The notes beneath the pieces are model-generated. The model did not search any database and was not told where the DNA came from. It worked only from the letters and a program-made list of their open reading frames with translations. 64,000 nucleotides of DNA, from assembly GCF_006345805.1 (NCBI RefSeq), contig NC_043020.1:28644001-28708000 (forward strand). The letters are read 5' to 3'. Source of the DNA: Octopus sinensis. Lineage: Eukaryota. Position 1 is the first letter of the stretch; each line of letters starts with the position of its first letter. Shown here piece by piece: positions 49,904 through 62,106 of the stretch. Both the position numbers and the translations under genes were made by a program.

Positions 49904-51938
49904 CTAAAAATAAAATTACTCAGATGTACTGTTCATTTATATGTTTGTTTTACGTCCGTTTTTCCATGCTAGCATGGGTTGGACAATACTTATTATTGAG
50001 ACATCGTTTCATACCTGTTTTTCAAGTAAGGAATGTTGGATCTTTTCGCTTTGACCGGCAGATTTTTAAAATAAATTCATATGACACCGCAAATAATTGT
50101 TGTTGACAAAGAACCGGAGAAATTGTATTCCCCTTGTCTATGAAAGTGAAGAGTTACAGGTCAATTTGTCAGCAGAAACACCATCAACATGACAGTGTTT
50201 GCTGAAGTTGATAATTTTGCCTCCAAATTACATGGTTTTGGGTTCAATCCCACAGCGTGGCACAGCATCTTGGAGAAGTGTCTTCTACTCTAGCCCCAGG
50301 TTGACTGAGTGGATTTGGTAGACAGACTCTGAGAGAAGCCCATCATATAATAAATGAGTGTAGATAGATAGATAGGTAGACAGACTTTTGATCATTTCAG
50401 GGGTTGATTAAAGGGGTACCAATCTGTGCCCGTTTACAACCATCACATGGTGTAAAGACACACTTAATTAAAGGGCTTCTTTTGGTTTTCACCACAGGCA
50501 CAATGGGTTTTAGTAGTTACTATCTGTCAAATTTCATCTACAAAGCATTAATGCATTCTTGAGACTATAGCAGAAGACACACCCAGAGGGCCGTGCAATG
50601 GATCCAAAGTGGAACTGCTTAACCACAGCCTTTTATAGTCTTGTGGTAGTCTACAGCAAGAGTAAATGTATGCAGACGTGGCTACATTAGTTTCAAATTT
50701 TGGCACAAGGCCAGCAATTTTGAGGGAGGAGGCAAGTCAATTACATCAATCCCCAGTATTCAACTGGTACTTGTTTTATTGATCCTGAAAGGATGAACAG
50801 CAAAATCGACCAGTCAATATAAAGATCCTCACCCGGGAACAAAAAACAAAATCGACCATCCTGGGGGGTTTTAACAAGTATGTGGAAAACGAATATGAAT
50901 AAAAATGCGCGCTTACAACCCTTGGTGGGTGACTTTCGGAAAATTCAAAAGATCCGATTTTTCTGTCATAACTTCCGGTAAAATGGATATATATTGTTTT
51001 TGTTTTTTTTTATGGAATCCCATGTTTTTGGTTATGGAGGATCCGATTCTGAACAAAATTTTTTTTTCAAAAAATTCCATTTTCAAAATTTCAGTTACAC
51101 CCCACATTTTTTACTTTTCCTGGAAATTTTTCTTTTTGCGAAATACATAGAAAAATACGAAGATTATGATTCTGAAAAAAATTTGAAATCTAAATTTGAA
51201 TTTGTTTATTTTTTCCATATCCTTAATCTCCGTATATTCCCATGTAGATTGATGGGGGAAAAAATCCGAAAAAAGGTTTTTTTAAAAAAATTTTAAAAAG
51301 AAAATTTGAGAAAAAGAAACCCACTTTAATTTCCCATTAGTAGATTGATTGCCTTATGTTACCGTAGTTTTGTGAGATTTGGCTGTTATTTCTAGTATGT
51401 GGACAGTGGACAAAATGCTGCCAAGTATTTTGCCTAGCCTGCTAACAATTCTGCCAACTCAACAATTTATACACGGCTAGATAAGTTGTATGTGCATAAA
51501 ATACATGGGATTCGATTGGATCTTAGGAAGTACAGCTCTATGATAATAGTGAACGAAGTTTCCATTCTCAGTTGGAAGTCTTCTATTTCCCCTGTATTTC
51601 TGATGCTCTTGTGAAAATATGAACTTCAGTTCTAGAAATCTAATCCCACTTTTTAAAACTACACCTTTTTCACCTGATCCAAAACATCACTCACACTGCT
51701 GAAGTGATTCACAATGATCAGGTGAGTCATGGAAGAATGAAGAGTTAATTATAGGTGTGGTAAGAAGCTTGCTTACCAACCACATGGTTCCAGGTTCAGT
51801 CCTACTGTGTGGCACCTTGGGTAAGTGTCTTTTACTATAGCCTCGTGCCGACCAAAGCCTTGTAAGTGGATTTGGTAGGTAGACAGAAACTGAAAGAAAC
51901 CCCTCTTGTGTTTATATGTGTATGTATATATATATATA

Positions 51939-52261
51939 TATATAATATTAATTAGAGACAAAACCACTATTTTGCAAATCAAACAAAGAAAGACTTAATC
52001 CAATACATAAACAAATTTAATATAAATTAAATAAAATTAAATTCGCCACTACAATTATTTCTCAGATCTTCTATTCAATTTTAACTTAAAATTGAATAGA
52101 AGATCTGAAATCCACCTGATGAATGTCCTTAGAGACACGAAATAATTGTAGTGGCAAATTTAATTTTATTTAATTTATATTAAATTTTTTTATGTATTGG
52201 ATTAAGTCTTTCTTTGTTTGATTTGCAAAATAGTGGTTTTGTCTCTAATTAATATTATATA
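51939..52261. repeat. 323-bp near-perfect palindrome, probably Penelope-like element derived
   Basis: centre C52085; inner 23-bp arms perfect; outer 123-bp arms with 2 mismatches; 30-nt insert only in the right arm. Confidence 0.9.
52112..52154 (+). ncRNA. Minimal type I hammerhead ribozyme motif
   Basis: stem I CCAC/GTGG; CTGATGA 52116-52122; stem II TGTC/GACA; GAAA 52139-52142; T-AATT-G stem III with palindromic loop; GTA cleavage triplet 52148-52150. Confidence 0.65.
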
Positions 52262-52447
52262 ATATTTTACTATAAAATTGGATTCAATCCTAAATCTGAT
52301 TTTTCCCTGTAAATTTGGATTTATTCCCTAATATTTATTATTATATATATATATGTATGTGTGTTTGTCTCTAACCACCATCGCTTGACAACTGATGTTA
52401 GTGTGTTTAGATCGCCGTAACTTAACAGTTCGGCAAAAATAACTGAT

Positions 52448-52828
52448 AGGCGTAGGAGTGGCTGTGTGGTAAGTAACTTGCTTACGAGCCACATGGTTTC
52501 GGGTTCAGTCCCACTGCGTGGCACCTTGGGCAAGTGTCTTCTACTATAGCCTCGGGTCGACCAAAGCCTTATGAGTGGATTTGGTAGACAGAAACTGAAA
52601 GAAGCCCGTCGTATATATGTATGTGTATACGTTTGTGTCTGTGCTTGCACCCCCAACATCGCTTGGAAACCGATGTTGGTGTGTTTATGTCCCCGTAACT
52701 TAGCGGTTCGGCAAGAGAGACCGATAGAATAAGTACAAGGATTACAAAGAATAAGTCCTAGGGTCGATTTGCTCGACTAAAGGTGGTGCTCCAGCATGGC
52801 CACAGTCAAAAATGAAACGAAAGAATAA
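52448..52828 (+). mobile_element. SINE family A copy (rearranged or composite at its 5' side) in POLR2F intron 1
   Basis: head AGGAGTGGCTGTGTGGTAAG at about 52454; body continues to the tail region. Confidence 0.8.
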
Positions 52829-53691
52829 GCATTCACTGGGTCTTAAGAGCCAACTCTACGTGTTTGCTCAACAACCAACAACGAAACCTCTTCGCTGTAT
52901 TGACTGCGATTCGAACTTCTTAACCACAGAATCAAACCTCTGCACCTGGCTCTAATATTCGGACCTTTCGAAAGATTAACTCAGTAACACGATACATTGT
53001 TCCCTAATACTGTGACTTCTCCCCCACCTCATTATCTCATTTCGCAGGAACCGCAAAAGACCAAGGGTGCAGTTCTCCTCTTCTGACCAAGCCATGAAAT
53101 AATATACACTGTACGATTCTAAAAAATGAATCCCATATGACATCATGACTGGTTTGTTTATTTCAATTAAGTACATCAAGGAATGTGTTTATATCGCAAC
53201 AGATTCCAATATATTGACTTGACTTGAATGAATAAACAACAGACGACCAATGCAGACAATTTAATGTTTAAACAAAAGCGGAAAATATCATCTTTACACG
53301 AGGGACGTTTGTTTGAGTGAATCTCAGTCTCGAGTGTCCGTTTATTCTTCGGCCCAATAAATATAAAGTGAAGACTAAACAAAGGAAATGCAACCACAAA
53401 CGAAATATAAACGATAACATTTGCAACATTACATCATTAAATAATTATGGAATACGTCCGAAACTGTTATTTCACAGAATGGAATAAATGTTTTTTAAAA
53501 GAACCTCTTCTTCTTTACATGAGCTCAGAAAAATACTTCTGAATGTGTATAAGAAATGATGTCTTTGTAAACGTAAGTAAAAGAGAAAACAGGAATAGTT
53601 CAAAGCAGAATGTTTCAACGATATTTTCATGTATTAAATAAAAGTTTGAGACCAAATATTATTAATTTAAAGGAAAAGAAGTTCCACTCAC

Positions 53692-53720
53692 TGTTCGCCG
53701 ACATCGTCGCCGTCCGCCAT
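53692..53720 (-). CDS. POLR2F: RNA polymerase I/II/III shared subunit RPB6, coding exon 1 (MADGDDVGE)
   Basis: caaaATGGCG start context, GTGAGT donor, CpG-rich surroundings; phase 2 joins exon 2. Confidence 0.88.
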
Positions 53721-53900
53721 TTTGCAAATAAGGGAAGTAACTGGTGTGAAGACGGTGTCGTAGGGAAAACAGTCACCTGACTAACAGAGTTCCGGGTTTC
53801 TTGGGTTGAACAAGAGAATCCAATGTGTTCACAAATACACCTCAACATACATCGTTTCGAGATACGTCTTCTGCGATTTTACGTCGTTGTCTTAAGAATT
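53721..53900 (-). promoter_or_regulatory. Probable 5' UTR and core promoter of POLR2F
   Basis: CpG-retaining non-repetitive segment directly upstream of the ATG; TSS not determinable. Confidence 0.55.
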
Positions 53901-53929
53901 TTCCTTGAAATTTACAATAGGGAGAGAGG

Positions 53930-55300
53930 GGTCCGGACAAAAGCCCCCTAGAACGAAAGTCCCCTGGGATGAAAGTCCCACCCCCGGACAAAAGCCCCAC
54001 GGTTATATTTTTAGGCTATTTTTTCGTTTTTAGAATTTTTAGTTGAATGAATCGATCCCAATATTTTTTTTCTTTTTTACTTGTTGCAGACTGCAGCCGG
54101 CCATGCTGGGGCACTACCTCGAAGAATTTTCAGATGGCTGTATGGAACACAGAATATTTTAAAACCTTGATCAAAAACACTTCTGTGATATAATTCAACT
54201 TTGTTTTTCTTTTGACTTGTTGCCGTCATCAGACTGTGGCCATGCTGGGGCACCACCTTGAGGAACTTTTAGTCGACCCCAGAATTCTTTTAGATGATTT
54301 TCAATCAGCGCATAAAGTTAAGCCTAGAAGGGCTCCCGACATGCTAGAAATAACAGCCAAATCTCTTGAAATTTTTTCATAACCTACCTCGGTTACATTT
54401 TTTGGTTATTCTTCGTTTTTTTTCCTTTTTTTCTAAAAATCTTTTTACTTGTTTCAGTCACTGGAACGCGGCCATGCTGGGGCACCGCTTCGAAGAATTT
54501 TTAGTTGAATGCATCGACCCCAGAATCTTTTTTAGGTGATTTTCAACCAGAACATAAAGTTAAGCCTAGAAGGTCTATCCATGTGCTAAAAATAACAGCT
54601 AATTCTTACAAATCTTTTTTTTTTTTTTAATTTCACGTAAACAAAAACGGAAATCGTGGTTGTAAAAAAAAGTTATTTTCCAAAATTCCAATTTTTAAGT
54701 AAACAAGATATATTCAATAGAAAAGCGGTGTCAAAACATATAAGTCCCTAACAATGGTATGTTCCGTGTGTTTGCTCGTATTTAAAATACGTTTGAATGA
54801 CTAGCCTTCTGTTAGACCTTCAATGGCCGGAGAAAGTTCAAAAGGTCAACTTATTCTCATTAATCTGTAAATGCTGAGAGAAGAAAACAAAAGACTTTAA
54901 ATATATATTTTAAAATGCTGATTTTTTGCAACCAAAAATTCTTCAACCTAGTGCCCCAGCATGGCCGCAGTCGAATGACTGAAACAAGTAAAAAAATTTT
55001 TTTAAATATAAAAAAACCCCAAGGGGTTTATAAAAAGATTTCAAGAGATTTGGTTGTTGTTTCTAGCATGTGGAGATACCTCCTAGGTTTAACTTCATGT
55101 GCTGGTTAAAAATCATAAAAAAAAATTCTGGGGTCGTTACATTCAACTAAAAGTCTTCAAGATGGTGCCCCAGCATGGCCACAGTCTACTAACAGCAACA
55201 AGTAAAAGGTGAAAAGAACAAAAAAATTACTCGAAAAATATAACCATGGGGCCTTTGTCCTAGGGGAGCCTACATCCTAGGGTGCTTTTGTCCTACACTC
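53930..55300. mobile_element. Foldback/MITE-like element with long modular inverted arms; extra arm copy at about 56204-56310
   Basis: GGACAAAAGCCCC subterminal repeats at both ends in inverted orientation; internal ~200-bp modules direct on the left and inverted on the right. Confidence 0.7.
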
Positions 55301-55334
55301 ACAGTAAATATTGGAGCAGTTATACTTTGAAAAG

Positions 55335-55650
55335 AAAACTTCTGGATAACTGAAATGGCTTAAGTCAGAAGACTCGTTGTAGATATATTTACACATGCTT
55401 ACGATGGAAAGCTTACTGGTCTGAAATGGTCTTTTGCACGACATGTTTAGCAGAAAGGGTCATGGGTGGAAGTGGCAAATTGACCGAGTGGACACTACGT
55501 CCAGAAAAGAAGAAAGGGGAGAAGACTATGCAGAGGTTGGAAAGAAGACTTTGTTAGATTCTTTGGCACCCAAACATGGATGAAGAAAACATTGGACTGT
55601 AGATGGTGGAGAGAATATGCTGAGGCCTTCGTCCAGTAATGGACTGGACA
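55335..55650 (+). mobile_element. Decayed RTE-like LINE C-terminal fragment
   Basis: LKWSFARHV...EWTLRPEK...WREYAEAFVQ*WT across frameshifts. Confidence 0.65.
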
Positions 55651-57723
55651 TATGCAAGGATGGCGACAGAATGCTTAGGCGGCAAGCTGGCAGAATTGTT
55701 AGCACGCCGGGCGAAATGCTTAGTGGTATTTCGTCTGCCGTTACGTTCTGAGTTCAAATTCCGCTGAGGTCGACTTTGCCATTCATCCTTTCGGGGTCGA
55801 TAAATTAAGGACCAGTTACGCACTGGAGTCGATATAATCGACTTAATCCATTTGTCTGTCCTTGTTTGTCCCCTTGTGGGTAATAAAAAAAAAAATTAAA
55901 AAAAAGAATGCTTAGGCAGGTAATTTAACCAGTTTGCACACAACAATACAAACTTGATTTCAACTCTGATGAGGTGACACTAATCTGCCATACTCAAGTT
56001 CCTCAGTTCTCCTTAAATAAGTTTTATACATATAAGCAGTTGTGTATATATATAAGCAGTTGTGTATATATATGTAGGACCCTGCTTGGCCCTGCCCAAG
56101 ATTTGAAACCAAATCCACCTTCTTGTTGCTTGTCAAAACGAGAAATCTTTGTTCTATCAAGAAGGAACATTGACTGATGTGTTTCCACTCGACCCCATGA
56201 AAGTGGACAAAAGCCCCATGGTTATATTTTTCGATTATTTTTTTGTCTTTTATTTTTCACCTTTTACTTGTTGCGGTAATTAGACTGTGGTCATGCTGGG
56301 GCACCACCTTGCAGTGTCAGGAAGAGTTCAAATGGACAGCAAGTGACCTAGATGAGTATAAGCTATTCTTATAATGGCATATTTCCATCTTTCTAGCTGG
56401 AATGTGCTGTTATAAATACCAGCGCTCTGTAGACAGGAAATTAGAGACAGCCTCAACCACCACACTGGGAACTGTTCTTGGCTGCCGCAACCGAACGCGA
56501 TGACACAGACAACTCCAGCTTTCCAGCAACAAATACAACCGACCTGCCAGTCGCTCTCTACCTCTTTCTCACTGGCTTACAGGCATCTTCACTCCATCAA
56601 TTTACTGCTGAGAACAACAGGGTACACGTAAAGCACGCCTGCCCATTGTGGTTTGGCATTCAGAAAAAGTAACCATAAATAAAATTTGGTTATCACAACT
56701 TCAGCCATTGCCTTCTTTCTTGGAGTCAGCATCACCATCTGCAACACTTCTTCACATTTGGCAACCACATCTATTACATGTGGAGGCACAATGGCCCAGT
56801 GGTTAGGGCAGCGGACTCACAGTCGGAGGATCGCGGTTTTGATTCCCAGACTGGGCATTGTGTGTGTTTATTGAGTGAAAACACCTAAAGCTCCACGAGG
56901 CTCCAGCAGGGTGTGGTGGCGACCCCTGTTGTACTCTTTCGCCTCAACTTTCTCTCACTCTCTCTTCCTGTTTCTTGAGTAACGCTGCGATGGACTGGTG
57001 TCCCATCCAGCTGGGGGGAACACATACGTCACAGAAACCGGGTCCATGAGCCTGGCTGGGCTTGAAAAGGGTGCATCATCATCATCATCGTTTAACGTTC
57101 GTTCTCCATGCTAGCATGGGTTGGACGGTTCAACCAGGATCTGGGAAGCCAGAAGGCTGCACCAGGCTCCAGTCTGGTTTGGCAGTGTCTCTACAGCTGG
57201 ATGCCCTTCCTAATGCCAACCACTCCGTGAGTGTAGTGGGTGCTTTTTATGTGCCAGGTGAGGCTGGCAACGACCACAATTGGATTGGTGCTCTTTACGT
57301 GCCACCGGCACAGAAGCCAGTCAAGGCGGCGCTGACATAAATAAAAAAAAAATCTGTTACATATGTTTATATGAAAGGAATGTCTGTTTTCCTGCTGGCA
57401 TGGGTTGGACAGTATGACAGGAGCTGGCAAGGCTGGGAGCTGTACCATGCCCCAGTGTCTGTCTTGGCATGCTTTCTACAGCTTCAAGCCCTTCCTAGTG
57501 CCAAACACTTTACAAAGTGTACTGGGTGCTTTTTACATGGTACCAGCACTTTTTGTGTGGTACAGTCACTGAAAAGGTTACCAAGTACATACACACATAT
57601 ACGATGAGATTCTTTCAGTACCAACTTTAAGTACCCATGTGCAGAAAGCAGTGTGACAATAACAAAGATATTTTATGGCGAAAGTGCAGATAATTCTTGA
57701 CTTCTCCTCGTACATATATATGA

Positions 57724-57763
<40 letters not shown>

Positions 57764-60044
57764 GCAAGAGGTGGTGGTGGTGGTGAGGGGTGAAGTTGCT
57801 TCTCAACATACATCGTTTTGAGAGATGTCTTTTGTGATTTTACATCGTTGTCTTCAGAAATTGAGAGAAAAAATCAAATTCGACTTCAGTCGATTTATCC
57901 GACTTTACCTCGGTCTCAGTGAACATTTTTATTTTTAAAAGCTTAAGAATTAGAAAAAAAAACACCCAAAATTCAATCCTGAAGTGGAAAATCAATTAAG
58001 GTAACCTGTGAAAAAATGTACAAACCATTTATTGAAATAGATAATAAAGTTTTTTTATTTAATGTTTTTTCGTGTTATCTGGTTTTTCAAGAGAAGTCGA
58101 TTTGACTTGGAACCAATTACCGATGTTAGACTTGGAACCAATTACCGATGTTAGATGAGTTGTTTTCATTCATTTTTCATTTCCAGATATTGTTCACATA
58201 ATCGTTTCTTTTCTATTCTAGGCACAAGACCCGAAATTTTTGGGGAGGGGTCCAATCGAGTAGATCGACCCCAGTATGCAACGGGTACTTAATTTATCGA
58301 CCCTGAAAGGAAGAAAGGCAAAGTCGACCGTGGCGGAATTTGAACTCAGAGCATAAAGACAGACAAAATACTGCTAAGCATTTTGCCCAGCCTGCTAAGG
58401 CTTCTGCCAGCTCACTGCCTTTGGTTATTTGTATAATGTTGCTGGAAATGTTTCACTAACTATAAGGTACAGAGATGGGTGTGTGGTTAATAAGGTCGCT
58501 TTGCAGTCAGGTGGTTTGCAGTTCAATCCCACTGCACAGCAAGTGTCTTCGACTTATAGTCTCTGATTCAACAAAAGCCTTGTGAGTGAATTTTGAAGGT
58601 GGAAAATGTATGGAAGCCCATCATGTGTATGTGTGTCTTTGTTTGCTTCCCCCTCCATCAACACCACCTGACAACCAGTGTCCAACCATTTTGTACCACG
58701 ACCAAGGACACACACTGAAATTGGCACCAAAACTGATTCTATTTATAGGCTGTGTTCATGGAACCTTATTGAACAATCTGGAGTGGATGTCACGTGAACA
58801 ACGACCACTGATTGGACGCTAACTCAGCTGCACGCATGATCAAGTCATTGTTATGTCAGGACATGAAATTTGTGATGTGGTAACACGAGTTCACGTTCTG
58901 TTGTAATATTATCTGTTTGTGAAGGTGGCAAGCTGGCAGAAACGTTAGCATGTCAGGCAAAATGCTTAGCAGTATTTCGTCTGTCTTTACGTTCTTTGTT
59001 CAAATTCCGCTGAGGTCAATTTTGCCTTTCATCCTTTCAGGGTTGATAAATTAAGTACCAGTTATGCACTGGGGTTGATATAATCAATTTAATTCGTCTG
59101 TCTGTCCTTGTTTGTCTCCTCTGTGTTTAGCCCCTTGTGGGTAATAAAGAAATAGGTATTTTGTCTGTCTTTATGTTCTGAGTTCAAATTCCACTGAGGT
59201 CAATTTTGCCCTTTCATCCTTTCAGGGTCAATAAATTAAGAACCAGTTGCATACTGGGGTTGATATAATCGACTGGCCCCCTCCCCCAAAATTTCAGGCC
59301 TTGTGCCTAGAGTAGAAAAGATGTTATCTGTCTGTTAATTGGAACTTCTCATAGAAAAAATCGTCCTTTACTTTTTTTTCTTATGGCAGGAGCCAGGAAT
59401 TGAACATGGAACATATGAAGATGTAACAGATACCAAAAGGCACACCATCTGGTGCACTGGTAATTCTACCAGTCTACCACTCTCGGCTAGTTATTTATTT
59501 ACCAGAAGAAGAGAAGCAAAGCTGACCTGGGTAGGTTTTGAATTCTGGGTGCAAAGATTCAGAACAACTACTGCAAACCATTCAATCCGGCACTCTAACG
59601 ACCCCGAGTCGATTCCGCAATACTTCAAACGAGCAACAACATCTCCAACACAAACAATAAAACATCATTTCAACAATGGTAACATTGTGTTCGTTTATAA
59701 ACTGCTCCATTTAATCTGGCTGACAAAACAGGTTCCTTTCCTACTTTTCAGTTGAGTGATTATCAATAAAAATTACATCCAGCTGTAAAAATAACTCTTC
59801 TACTCAGACAAGCAAGTAAAATCAGGAGGAAACAAAAAATCAATAAACTAATCAGAACATAGATATTATGTTTAATATCTATATTTATATTGCTGCCTTC
59901 GTTTTTCTCTGATTAAGAATTATTTAACAAAGATTTCATCAGACTTAGTCTGCCCTCTGTTAAATAGTTAACATAACTTCTGTAGCAGTGGACCAACCAA
60001 AGCCTTGAGAGCAAATTTAGGAGACAGAAACTAAAGGAAGCTTG

Positions 60045-60456
60045 TCATACATACCTACATTTATTTATATATATATATACATATATACACACATATATAT
60101 ATACACACACACACACACATATATATACACACACACACACACATATATATATACAATATATATACACACATATATATATACATATATATATACACACATA
60201 TATATATATACATACATATACATATATATACAAACATATATATATATACACACATATATATATACATATATATACACATATAAACATATATATACACACA
60301 CATATATATACACACACACGTATATATATACATATATATACATATATATATATACACACACACATATATATACATATATATATATACACACACACATATA
60401 TATACATATATATATATATACACACACACATATACATATATATATATATATACACA

Positions 60457-60488
<32 letters not shown>

Positions 60489-60608
60489 CACACACATATA
60501 TATATATATACACACATATATATATATACATATATATACACACATATATATACACACATATATATGTATATATACATATATATATACACACATATATATG
60601 TATGTATA
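60045..60608. repeat. Long compound (TA)n/(CA)n microsatellite
   Basis: direct inspection; source of four spurious 170-190 aa ORFs. Confidence 0.97.
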
Positions 60609-60636
60609 CTTTGTTAATAAAGCTGTAAAGAATCAC

Positions 60637-60677
60637 AAAAACTGTTACTCAGAGTTTCCCGTTCATCGGACAGTTTT
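60637..60677 (-). ncRNA. Degenerate minimal hammerhead ribozyme motif
   Basis: minus strand AAAACTGT-CCGATGA-ACGG-GAAA-CTCTGA-GTA-ACAGTTTT; 8-bp stem I; core has U4>C and stem II is reduced to 4 nt. Confidence 0.45.
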
Positions 60678-61712
60678 GCTTTAAACAGCAATGTGAAACT
60701 CTGAGTTACAGTTTTTGTGACAGTTTTTATTAATAAAGCACATTACTCTACCTCCGGTATTCCAGTACTATTTTTTCCCACCTTGTTTCACATTTATGTG
60801 CTTACTCTGGAATATATATATATATATATATAAAAAGGAAATGAAGAAAATGCTGACAAAATAATTTAAGTACGGGAGAGTGTATTTAATTAGGTGAAAG
60901 TTCTTTTTACCGGTTGCGCATTTGTTATGCTTATCAAAAGATATTTTTTTAAGAGAGATAGAGTTCCTTTCTGATAGATTTTTTTCTCTTATCTGACTTT
61001 ATGTTGGGTTTGCTGTCTCTTATATGTGAAAAAAGAGGCTCCAGAGTTGTTTAAGATTTGCTTGGTTTCGCGCCTAAAATTTCTTGTGGACAATGGTCAA
61101 TACAATTTTGATTGGTCATTATAAAGGGGTCACGTGAATGTTTGAATGGAAGTTGGTGTTGGGGTAAGAAAATAGGCTCCAGAGATGTTAAAATTTGGCT
61201 AGTGTTGCGCCTAAAATTTCTTATTGGTCATAATAAAGAGGTCACGTGGATGTGGTCATGTGGATATTTTAAATAGCTTTTTAGGCATAGTTAAGGAGTG
61301 TATTTTCCACTTGACTGAATTTGAGCTGGATAAGTAAGTTCATTTAGGACAGGAAGAGCTATATGTATGTATGTGTGCGCGCGTGTGTGTGTGTGTTTAT
61401 ATGTATGTTGGGGCGCGCACGTGTGTATATATGTGTGCGTGTGTGGGTACAATTTTCAATATTTATAGTTCTGCTGGCCTTGTGCCTGTATCGGGAAGCA
61501 ACGTGTTTGTGTGAAGTCAATATTTACAGTCATTTCGAAAAAATAGTGTTGGATGTTTTGCACCCGTATCAATTTATGTGTATGTGTGGAACCATATATT
61601 TGCATGTGTCATGGTGTTAATATCTGGGTAAAAGTGTGTGCAGGTGTGTGTTTGTTGTGGGTTCGTGTTATCAGTATATGATTTAACTTAATAAACACAG
61701 TTTATAGTTTTT

Positions 61713-62106
61713 ATTCTCTTTACTCTTTTACTTGTTTCAGTCATTTGACTGCGGCCATGCTGGAGCACCACCTTTAGTCGAGCAACTCTACCCCGGGACT
61801 TATTCTTTTGTAAGCCCAGTACTTATTCTATCAGTCTCTTTCGCTGAACCGCTAAGTAATGGGGACATAAACACACCAGCATCGGTTGTCAAGCAATGCT
61901 AGGGGGACAAACACACACACACACACACATATATATATACATATATACGACAGGCTTCTTTCAGTTTCTGTCTACCAAATTCACTCACAAGGCATTGGTC
62001 GGCCCGGGGCTATAGCAGAAGACATTTGCCCAAGATGCCACGCAGTGGGACTGAACCCAGAACCATGTGGTTGGTTAGCAAGCTACTTACCACACAGCCA
62101 CTCCTG
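61713..62106 (-). mobile_element. SINE family A copy
   Basis: same head, body and tail as 965-1418. Confidence 0.85.

Noticed and set aside
50820-51330. AT-rich segment with three overlapping ORFs
   Set aside because: Low-complexity, probably a transposon remnant; termini could not be defined and peptides are F/K-biased artefacts.
56310-56760. Unique-looking segment as a new gene
   Set aside because: Multiple stops in all frames; faint resemblance to a decayed LINE C-terminus, too weak to call.
58104-58155. 25-bp tandem duplication (similar short ones near 22528-22570 and 56030-56072)
   Set aside because: Ordinary slippage events with no further structure.
60042-60636. Y/I/H/T- and C/V-rich ORFs (also at 37103-37560 and 44822-45217)
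   Set aside because: Translations of TA/CA microsatellites.
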